Shown here: positions 56,923-64,000 of the stretch, in pieces | Layout: each line of letters begins with the position of its first letter | Position numbering within the stretch: position 1 is the stretch's first letter | Origin: Gammaproteobacteria bacterium | GTDB lineage: Bacteria; Pseudomonadota; Gammaproteobacteria; Poriferisulfidales; Poriferisulfidaceae | Length of the DNA stretch: 64,000 bases | Assembly (NCBI GenBank): GCA_026713705.1 | Contig: JAPONY010000059.1 | Span: 55,670-119,669 of the forward strand | Direction of reading: 5' to 3' | Notes under the pieces: generated by a model | What the model saw: the letters and a program-made list of their open reading frames with translations, nothing else | What the model was told of the DNA's origin: nothing | The model's database searches: none | Position numbers and translations under genes: made by a program

Positions 56923-59004
56923 TCAACCCGGCGGAGCCTCTGCGAACAGGAAACAGGCGCAGCTCCGTTCGTCGAGCCGGACGGCCCGGCCTTCTGTCCA
57001 GCCTGGGCGCTCCCCTTCGTGGCTCGCAAACACGCAGTGCCAGGTCCCGGTGTCCGCCACCCGGGGCAGGACCAGCTCCACCTCCGACTCGGAAACATTC
57101 AGCAGCACCGCCGCCGCCTGCACTTCGTCCTCGCCGAACCTGCCCTCCCGCGTGTCACACAAAAGCACGCTCAGCGCCTGCGCGTCGCCCCAGGCAGCCT
57201 CCTTGAGCCGCTCACCGTCGGCCCCCAGCCATTCCACGTCGCGCCACCCATCCGGATTCGTCGCATGGCCGTGCAGGTGATCTCCCTGGCGTAGCAGCGC
57301 CACCGTATTACGCAGCCGGATCAGCGCCCGCACCTGTGCCTGGAAATCCGGATCCCCGGCCAGGCCCGACCAGTCCAGCCAGCCGGTCTCGTTATCCTGC
57401 GCGTAGGCGTTGTTGTTCCCGCCCTGGGAGTTCCCGAACTCGTCGCCGGCCAGCAGCATCGGGGTGCCCTGCGACAGCAGCACGCTCGCGAGAAGATTCA
57501 GGCGCTGCCGCCGCCGCACGGCGCGGATCCCCGCATTGTCGGTCGGACCTTCGACGCCGTAATTGCAACTGTAGTTGTGTTCGTGCCCATCGCGGTTCCC
57601 TTCCCCGTTGGCCTCGTTGCTGCGAACCTCGTAACTCACAAGGTCCTGCGCGGTGAAGCCATCATGGCTTGCCACGTAATTGACGGAAGCCCAGGGCTTG
57701 CGGCCTTCCGCCTCGAAGATCTCCGCCGAGCCCAGGAGGCCGGCCGCGAATCCCTCCAGTCCGCCCTTGTCGCCGCGCCATGCCCGCCGCACGGCATCCC
57801 GGTAGCGGTCGTTCCACTCGGCCCATCCCGGAGGAAAGCCTCCAAGCTGATAGCCGTCCGATCCGACATCCCACGGCTCCGCGATCAGCTTGATGTCCGA
57901 AAGCACCGGATCCTGTTGCAATTCCAGGAAAAAAGGGTGTTGCCGGTCGAAGCCTTCCGCGCCGCGCCCCAGCACCGTCGCGAGGTCGAAGCGGAACCCG
58001 TCGACGCCCATCTCCGTCGTCCAGTAGCGCAGGCTGTCGAGAATCAGGCGCCTCACCTGCGGGTGATCCGCGTTCAGGGTGTTACCGCAGCCGGTGTCGT
58101 TGACGTATTCGCCGGGGTCTTCCGCCGTCGGGCGGTAGTAACTGGGGTTGTCGATGCCGCGGAAACTGAGCGTCGGCCCCAGGCGGTCGCCTTCCGCCGT
58201 GTGGTTGTAGACGACGTCGAGGACGACCTCCAGGCCGGCCTCGTGGATCGCGTCCGTCATCTCCCGGAATTCGGAGAGGCTCCCGCCGCGCAGGTAGCGC
58301 GGTTCCGGCGCGAAGAACCCGAGGGTGTTGTAGCCCCAGAAGTTCGAAAGCCCGCGCTCGACCAGGAAGTGTTCGTCGACGAACGCCTGCACGGGCATGA
58401 GCTCGACGGTGGTGATTCCGAGCGCCTTGAGGTAATCCAGCACCTCCCGGTTGCGCAGGCCGCGAAAACTGCCCCGGTCCGGTTCGGGGACGGCGGGGTG
58501 GCGCATGGTGTAGCCGCGCACGTGCGTCTCGTAGAGAATCGTCTCCGCCCACGGGACTGGCCGGCGCGTCCCGGGCGCCCCGCCCGCGCCGTGCACCACG
58601 CCCTTCGGCATGAAGGGTGCGCTGTCGGCGGAATTCCGGCGCATGCGGCCGTCCGAGCCATCCCGGTCGAACCCGAACACTTCCGGCGCCCACTTCAGCG
58701 GGCCGGACAGTTCGCGCGCATACGGGTCGAGCAGCAGCTTGTCGGGGTTGAAGAACCGCCCCGCCGCCGGATCCCAGGGGCCGTGGACGCGGTAGCCGTA
58801 GCGTTGCCCGGGTTGGCAGCCCCACAGGTAGCCGTGCCAGACATTCCCCGTTCTTTCCGGCAAGCCGATGCGCGTCACCTCGTGATCCTGCCCGTCGAAC
58901 AGGCAGAGCTCGACCGCTTCGGCGTGTTCGGAGAACAGGGCGAAGTTCGTGCCTTCGCCATCGAAGGTCGCGCCGAGCGGCGCGGGAGAGCCGGCCTCGA
59001 TCAC
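56923..59004 (-). CDS. glgX: Glycogen debranching enzyme GlgX
   Basis: GTG start at 59004 overlapping the glgP stop (GTGA). (M)IEAGSPAPLGATFDGEGTNFALFSEHAEAVELCLFD matches the E. coli GlgX N-terminus. The track's 1275-aa ORF N-terminus overlaps glgP out of frame. Confidence 0.9.
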   Translation of the reverse strand: MIEAGSPAPLGATFDGEGTNFALFSEHAEAVELCLFDGQDHEVTRIGLPERTGNVWHGYLWGCQPGQRYGYRVHGPWDPAAGRFFNPDKLLLDPYARELSGPLKWAPEVFGFDRDGSDGRMRRNSADSAPFMPKGVVHGAGGAPGTRRPVPWAETILYETHVRGYTMRHPAVPEPDRGSFRGLRNREVLDYLKALGITTVELMPVQAFVDEHFLVERGLSNFWGYNTLGFFAPEPRYLRGGSLSEFREMTDAIHEAGLEVVLDVVYNHTAEGDRLGPTLSFRGIDNPSYYRPTAEDPGEYVNDTGCGNTLNADHPQVRRLILDSLRYWTTEMGVDGFRFDLATVLGRGAEGFDRQHPFFLELQQDPVLSDIKLIAEPWDVGSDGYQLGGFPPGWAEWNDRYRDAVRRAWRGDKGGLEGFAAGLLGSAEIFEAEGRKPWASVNYVASHDGFTAQDLVSYEVRSNEANGEGNRDGHEHNYSCNYGVEGPTDNAGIRAVRRRQRLNLLASVLLSQGTPMLLAGDEFGNSQGGNNNAYAQDNETGWLDWSGLAGDPDFQAQVRALIRLRNTVALLRQGDHLHGHATNPDGWRDVEWLGADGERLKEAAWGDAQALSVLLCDTREGRFGEDEVQAAAVLLNVSESEVELVLPRVADTGTWHCVFASHEGERPGWTEGRAVRLDERSCACFLFAEAPPG

Positions 59005-61499
59005 GGCGTGAGGGGCGTCAGCTTCCAGATCTCGCGGTTGTAGTCCGTGATGGTGCGATCCGTGGAGAACTGCCCGGAAGCCGAAGTATTGAGAATACTC
59101 ATCCGCGTCCAGCGCGGGACGTCGAGGTACGCCTCCCCCGCCCTTTTCTGCGCGTCGATGAAGGAGCGGAAGTCCGCCGCGGTCATCCAGGGGTCGTCCG
59201 GGGTCTTGATCGCATGCACGATGGCGTCGAGCACGCCGTCCTCGGTGCAGTCGAAATGCGCACTCTCCACCAACTGCATCACGCGCGAGAAGTCCGCGTC
59301 GGCGTCGATGATCGACTGCGGGTCGTAGTCGGGGCGCCGTGCCTCGATCTCCTCGACCGTCAGCCCGAACAGGAAGAAGTTTTCGTCGCCGACGGCGTCG
59401 CGGATCTCGATGTTCGCGCCATCCAGCGTCCCGATGGTGATCGCCCCGTTCATCATGAACTTCATGTTGCCGGTCCCGGACGCCTCCTTTCCGGCCACGG
59501 AGATCTGTTCCGAAAGATCCGCCGCCGGGCAGATCACCTCCATGGTCGACACGCTGTAGTCGGGAATGAACACGAGGCGCAGCCGGCCTTCGGTCTCGGG
59601 GTCGGCGTTGATCACCCGGGCGACCTCGTTGGCGAACTTGACGATCCGCTTCGCGATGACGTAGTCGGGCGCCGCCTTGCCGCCGAGGAGGATCGCACGC
59701 GGGGGGTCGCCGGCCGCGTCGCCGCGCTGGATGCGGTCGTAGAGATGGATCGCGTGCAGGACGTTCAGCAGTTGCCGCTTGTATTCGTGGATCCGCTTCA
59801 CCTGCACGTCGAGCAGCATCCCGGTGTCGATCCGCATCCCCGTCCGCGATTCGATCAGGGCCGCGAGACGCTGCTTGTTCAGGAGTTTCTCGTCGCGCCA
59901 CATCCGCTGGAAGTCGGGATTGTCCGCGTGCTCCTTCAGTCCCTGCAACTGGTGCAGGTCCGTGATCCAGCCTTCGCCGAGGGTCTCCGTGATGAGCCTG
60001 GAGAGGCCGGGGTTGCAGGCCGCCAGCCAGCGCCGCTGCGTGACCCCGTTGGTCTTGTTGTTGAACTTCCCGGGCCACAGCTCGTTGAAGTCCCGGAACA
60101 GGCCCTCCCGCAGCAGCCGGGAATGGAGTTCGGCCACCCCGTTGACGGAGAAGCTGCCGACGAGGGCGAGGTAGGCCATCCGGATCACCGGCTCGTCGCC
60201 GTCCCCGAACAGGGACATTCTCCGGATCCGGTCGGGATCGTCGGGCCAGCGCTGTTCGACTTCGGCCAGGAAGCGCGTATTGATGTCGCGGATGAGTTCC
60301 AGCACCCGCGGCAGCAGCCGCTCGAATATCGCGACCGGCCAGCATTCCAGGGCTTCCGGCAGCAGCGTGTGATTGGTGTAGGCCATGGTCCTGGACGTGA
60401 TCGCCCAGGCCCCGTCCCAGTCCAGCCCGTGATCGTCGATCAGCAGGCGCATGAGTTCGGGCACGGCGATGGCCGGGTGCGTGTCGTTCAACTGGTAGCA
60501 GTTCTTGTCGGCGAAGCCGGAGAAGTCCGTTCCGTGCTCGAACGTCCAGCGGCGCAGGGTGTCCTGCAGGCTGGCGGACGCGAGGAAGTACTGCTGGCGC
60601 AACCGCAGCTCCCGGCCGTTCTCGCTCGCGGCGTTGGGGTAGAGCACCATGGTGATGGTTTCCGCGCGGTTCTTCGCGGCCACCGAATCGGCATAGCCGC
60701 CCGCGTTGAATTCTTCCAGGTCGAAGGCATCGGTCGCCTTGGACGACCACAGCCGCAGCGTGTTGACGGTGCCGTTGCGATAGCCCGGCACCGGCACGTC
60801 GTAGGGCACGGCCAGGACGTCGTGCGTGTCGACCCAGCGCTCGCGCGGCTGCCCGTTTGCATCGGTGAAGGTTTCCCGGCGCCCGCCGAAGCGGACCACC
60901 TGCGAAAACTCGAAGTGCGCGATCTCCCAGGGATAGCCCCCGACCAGCCAGGGGTCGGGATCCTCGACCTGGTGGCCGTTCTCGAGGCGCTGCCGGAACA
61001 TGCCGTAGCGGTAGCGCAGGCCGTAGCCGATGACCGGAAGGCCGAGCGTGGCGCAGCTGTCGAGGAAGCAGGCGGCCAGCCGCCCCAGGCCGCCGTTGCC
61101 GAGGCCCGCATCGTGCTCGTGCCCCAGCACGGAATCCAGCGGGATGCCCAGGCGCTGCAGGGCTTCCTCGCAGGCGTCCCGGAGATCAAGGTTCAGCAGC
61201 GCGTTGTCCAGCAGCCGTCCCATCAGGTATTCGAGGGACAGGTAGTGCACCCGGCGGCTGTCCGCCTCCAGCATGGCGTAGCTGGTCTGGTTCCAGCGCT
61301 CCATCAGGCGATCGCGCACCGCGTAGGCCAGGGCCTGGCAGACCAGCGGGGAGTCGACCGGGATGTCGCGCCGGCCGAGCGTGCGGTTGCAGTGGCGCAC
61401 GAAGTCCTCCAGCAACGCGTCCGCGCCCATGTCCAGCGTCGAAGCCGGCACGATGTGGAGGTTCTCGGCCGCCCGGGATTCCTTGAGGTCGGAACTCAT
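59001..61499 (-). CDS. glgP: Glycogen/maltodextrin phosphorylase
   Basis: 832 aa. PLP-lysine motif EASGTGNMKFMMNG. Confidence 0.95.
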   Translation of the reverse strand: MSSDLKESRAAENLHIVPASTLDMGADALLEDFVRHCNRTLGRRDIPVDSPLVCQALAYAVRDRLMERWNQTSYAMLEADSRRVHYLSLEYLMGRLLDNALLNLDLRDACEEALQRLGIPLDSVLGHEHDAGLGNGGLGRLAACFLDSCATLGLPVIGYGLRYRYGMFRQRLENGHQVEDPDPWLVGGYPWEIAHFEFSQVVRFGGRRETFTDANGQPRERWVDTHDVLAVPYDVPVPGYRNGTVNTLRLWSSKATDAFDLEEFNAGGYADSVAAKNRAETITMVLYPNAASENGRELRLRQQYFLASASLQDTLRRWTFEHGTDFSGFADKNCYQLNDTHPAIAVPELMRLLIDDHGLDWDGAWAITSRTMAYTNHTLLPEALECWPVAIFERLLPRVLELIRDINTRFLAEVEQRWPDDPDRIRRMSLFGDGDEPVIRMAYLALVGSFSVNGVAELHSRLLREGLFRDFNELWPGKFNNKTNGVTQRRWLAACNPGLSRLITETLGEGWITDLHQLQGLKEHADNPDFQRMWRDEKLLNKQRLAALIESRTGMRIDTGMLLDVQVKRIHEYKRQLLNVLHAIHLYDRIQRGDAAGDPPRAILLGGKAAPDYVIAKRIVKFANEVARVINADPETEGRLRLVFIPDYSVSTMEVICPAADLSEQISVAGKEASGTGNMKFMMNGAITIGTLDGANIEIRDAVGDENFFLFGLTVEEIEARRPDYDPQSIIDADADFSRVMQLVESAHFDCTEDGVLDAIVHAIKTPDDPWMTAADFRSFIDAQKRAGEAYLDVPRWTRMSILNTSASGQFSTDRTITDYNREIWKLTPLTP

Positions 61500-61508
61500 C
61501 GCGCAATC

Positions 61509-63698
61509 CTACACCGACGGCGTCGGCTTCAGCATGATGGTCGAAAGCGGCGGCAGGGTCAGTTCAAGCGAGAACGGCCGCCCGTGGCAGCCCTCCGGGC
61601 GGGCCTGCACGATCCCCAGGTTGCCGTGCCCGCTGCCGCCGTAGGCTTCCGCGTCGGTATTGAGGACTTCCGCGTAGGCGCCGTCCTGCGGGACGCCGAT
61701 GCGGTAGTTCCGGCGCGCCACGGGGACGAAGTTCATGATGACGAGGATCAGGTCGCCGTTGTGCGCGCGCCGCAGCCACGACAGGACGTTCTCGTCGCCG
61801 TCGATCCATTCGATCCCGCCCGGCTCGAAGTCCCTCTCGTACAGGGCGGGGGTGTCGGCGTACACCCGGTTGAGGTCGCGCACCAGCCGCTGCACGCCCG
61901 CGTGCATCGGCACGTCGCACAGGTGCCAGTCCAGCGACCGGTCGTGATCCCACTCGTCCCGCTGGGCGAACTCGCCGCCCATGAACAGCAGTTTCTTCCC
62001 CGGGTGCCCGTACATGTAGCCGAAATACGTGCGCAGGCTCGCGAACTCGCCCCACTCGTCCCCGCCCATGCGGCCGATCAGGGAGCCCTTCTGGTGCACC
62101 ACCTCGTCGTGCGACAGCGGCAGCACGAAATTTTCGTGGAAGGCGTACAGCAGGCCGAAGGTCATGGCGTCCTCGTGGTATTTTCGGTGGACCGGATCCC
62201 TGCTCATGTAGAGCAGGGTGTCGTTCATCCAGCCCATGTTCCATTTGTAACTGAAACCGAGGCCGCCCGCGTAGGTCGGCCGGGAGACGCCCGGCCAGGC
62301 GGTCGACTCCTCCGCGATCGTCACCGCGCCGCGCAGGTGGACCTCCTCGTTCAGGCGGCGCAGGAACGCCACCGCCTCAAGGTTCTCGTTGCCGCCCTGC
62401 TCGTTCGGCAGCCACTCCCCGGGCTCGCGCGCGTAGTCGAGGTAAAGCATCGAGGCGACCGCATCGACCCGCAGGCCGTCGAAGTGGAATTCGTCCACCC
62501 AGAACAGCGCGTTGCTGACCAGGTAGTTGACCACTTCGTTGCGGCCATAGTTGTAGATCAGCGTGTCCCAGCCGGCATGCTCGCCGCGGCGCGGGTCCTC
62601 GTGTTCGTACAGGGCGGTGCCGTCGAAGCGCCCGAGCCCGTTCGGGTCGCGCGGAAAATGCGCCGGGACCCAGTCCACGATGACGCCGATGCCCGCCTGG
62701 TGGAAACGGTCGACCAGGTACCTCAGGTCGTCCGGCTCGCCGAAGCGCCAGGTCGGGGCGTAAAGGCCGACCGGCTGGTAGCCCCAGGAGCCGTCGAACG
62801 GATGCTCGGACACCGGCAGCAGCTCGACGTGCGTGAACCCCATGTCGGAGACATAACCGACCAGTTCCTCGGCCAGTTCCCGGTAGCTGAGCCAGCGGTC
62901 GCCCTCCAGCGAATTCCGGCGCCACGAACCCAGGTGCACCTCGTAGGTGGACTGCGGGCGGTCTAGCGCCAGCGCCCGGCCGCGCCCGGACATCCAGTCG
63001 CCGTCCTGCCAGGCGTGATGGCTTTCGTAGACGATGGAGGCGTTGCCCGGCGGGGATTCCGAGAACTGCGCGAAGGGGTCCGACTTCAGCGGCAGGAGTT
63101 CGCCCGCCGCGTCCAGCAGTTCGAATTTGTAGCAAGTGCCCGGACCGGCCCCCGGAATGAAGATGTCCCATACGCCGATGCCCGGGTGGAACCGCATGAC
63201 GTGCCGGCGCCCATCCCATTCGTTGAAGTCCGCGATCACGCTCACGCGGCTGGCGTTCGGCGCCCACACCGCAAAGTGCACGCCCTCGACCCCGAGGAGT
63301 TTCACCGGATGCGCGCCCAGCTTGTCGTACAGGCGCTGATGCTGGCCCTGCCCGATCAGGTGCATGTCCAGTTCGCCGAGCGGGGACGGGAACCGGTACG
63401 GGTCTTCGGTCTCGAACGTGCCGTGCTCGTTGGTGATGCGCAGGCAGTAGCGCCGGCTGCGCGGCGGGAGTGGTCCAACGAAGACGTCGCCCGAGCCCTG
63501 CCGTTCCATCCGTGCCAGGACTTGACCCTCCGCGACGATCAGGTCTATCTCACTCGCGCCCGGCTGGAAGCACCGCACCACCCGGGAAGATCCGACCTTG
63601 TGGGGCCCGAGGAACGAAAAGGGATCGCCGTGCCGGCCGGCGGCGACGGCCTTCAGGATTGCGGGGTCGCAGACGGACTCAGGCGTGGCCGCTTTCAT
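61509..63698 (-). CDS. glgB: 1,4-alpha-glucan branching enzyme
   Basis: Start MKAATPESVCDPAILKAVAAGRHGDPFSFLGPH (the E. coli GlgB N-terminal pattern). GH13 core. Confidence 0.9.
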   Translation of the reverse strand: MKAATPESVCDPAILKAVAAGRHGDPFSFLGPHKVGSSRVVRCFQPGASEIDLIVAEGQVLARMERQGSGDVFVGPLPPRSRRYCLRITNEHGTFETEDPYRFPSPLGELDMHLIGQGQHQRLYDKLGAHPVKLLGVEGVHFAVWAPNASRVSVIADFNEWDGRRHVMRFHPGIGVWDIFIPGAGPGTCYKFELLDAAGELLPLKSDPFAQFSESPPGNASIVYESHHAWQDGDWMSGRGRALALDRPQSTYEVHLGSWRRNSLEGDRWLSYRELAEELVGYVSDMGFTHVELLPVSEHPFDGSWGYQPVGLYAPTWRFGEPDDLRYLVDRFHQAGIGVIVDWVPAHFPRDPNGLGRFDGTALYEHEDPRRGEHAGWDTLIYNYGRNEVVNYLVSNALFWVDEFHFDGLRVDAVASMLYLDYAREPGEWLPNEQGGNENLEAVAFLRRLNEEVHLRGAVTIAEESTAWPGVSRPTYAGGLGFSYKWNMGWMNDTLLYMSRDPVHRKYHEDAMTFGLLYAFHENFVLPLSHDEVVHQKGSLIGRMGGDEWGEFASLRTYFGYMYGHPGKKLLFMGGEFAQRDEWDHDRSLDWHLCDVPMHAGVQRLVRDLNRVYADTPALYERDFEPGGIEWIDGDENVLSWLRRAHNGDLILVIMNFVPVARRNYRIGVPQDGAYAEVLNTDAEAYGGSGHGNLGIVQARPEGCHGRPFSLELTLPPLSTIMLKPTPSV

Positions 63699-64000
63699 AA
63701 AGCACCTGTTCGTACTTGGCCGCACTGGCATCCCAGTCGAAGCGTGCGGCGGCGGCCGCACGGCATATCTTTTCCCATCGCTCGGGCGAGGACCGGCGAA
63801 GCTCAAGCGCCTCCCGGACCCGGTCGAGAAAGCTGGCCGCCTGCATCCGGGGCGTGTCCCCGCCGAACGTGAAACCGGTCACGTCGTCTTCGACGGTCTC
63901 CTTGAGGCCGCCGACTCCGTGCACCACGCAGGGCTGCCCGGCCCGCATGGCGATCATCTGGCTGATGCCGCAGGGCTCGAACTGGCTCGGCATGAGGAAC
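63679..64000 (-). CDS. glgA: Glycogen synthase, C-terminal part; the gene continues beyond the window end
   Basis: PSQFEPCGISQMIAMRAGQPCVVHGVGGLKETV matches the GlgA C-terminal motif EPCGL.Q......G..P.V...GGL.DTV. Confidence 0.8.
   Translation of the reverse strand, partial: FLMPSQFEPCGISQMIAMRAGQPCVVHGVGGLKETVEDDVTGFTFGGDTPRMQAASFLDRVREALELRRSSPERWEKICRAAAAARFDWDASAAKYEQVLYESGHA

Noticed and set aside
56923-60750. 1275-aa minus-strand ORF
   Set aside because: Only the C-terminal 693 aa (GlgX, GTG start 59004) is real. The N-terminal 580 aa overlap glgP in another frame and are GC-rich, low-complexity readthrough.
57577-62966. Long plus-strand ORFs antisense to glgX, glgP and glgB (57577..59043, 59214..62966)
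   Set aside because: They are antisense to strongly supported glycogen genes and have Arg/Gly/Val-rich noise composition.
1-64000. CRISPR arrays, tRNA genes, integrases and transposases
   Set aside because: I scanned AT-rich and intergenic segments and the island edges. I found no direct-repeat arrays, no cloverleaf-like tRNA sequences and no recombinase motifs.

Overview
This window is high-GC (about 65–70% by eye) proteobacterial chromosome, very probably gammaproteobacterial. It carries a complete collinear dcw cell-division/cell-wall cluster (mraZ to ftsZ, then lpxC) and the secA-argJ-mutT/thiE block. It also carries hemCDXY, an RNase P RNA gene, lpoA, a TonB2-type ExbB/ExbD/TonB cluster, ubiG, rmuC, pntAA/AB/B, an orphan YhdJ-like DNA methyltransferase, and a glgX-glgP-glgB-glgA operon. 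Most ORFs in the supplied track are antisense or frame-shifted artefacts of the high GC content; I re-derived real gene starts from ATGA/GTGA stop-start overlaps and Shine-Dalgarno (SD) sites.

The notable part is a low-GC (about 45–50%) island of about 8.8 kb (about 270–9155) inserted between the argH start and the hemC operon. It holds a tightly coupled three-gene operon that looks like a Type III restriction-modification system with two additions. Gene 1 is a 1031-aa beta-class N6-adenine methyltransferase (DPPY then FAGSGTT) carrying an unexplained 470-aa N-terminal domain. Gene 2 is a 296-aa AbiJ-like HEPN protein (R179-x4-H184-x-N186) inserted between mod and res and overlapping both neighbours. 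Gene 3 is a 1022-aa Res-like SF2 helicase (GSGKT, DEGH, QMFGRGVR) with a C-terminal PD-DxK nuclease and an extra 150-aa N-terminus. Divergent from this operon is a second operon: a 59-aa ORF, a 344-aa two-transmembrane protein and a Phd/YefM-like antitoxin that has no PIN partner. I regard this locus as a candidate undescribed defence system. The function calls come from reading motifs by eye, not from database searches.
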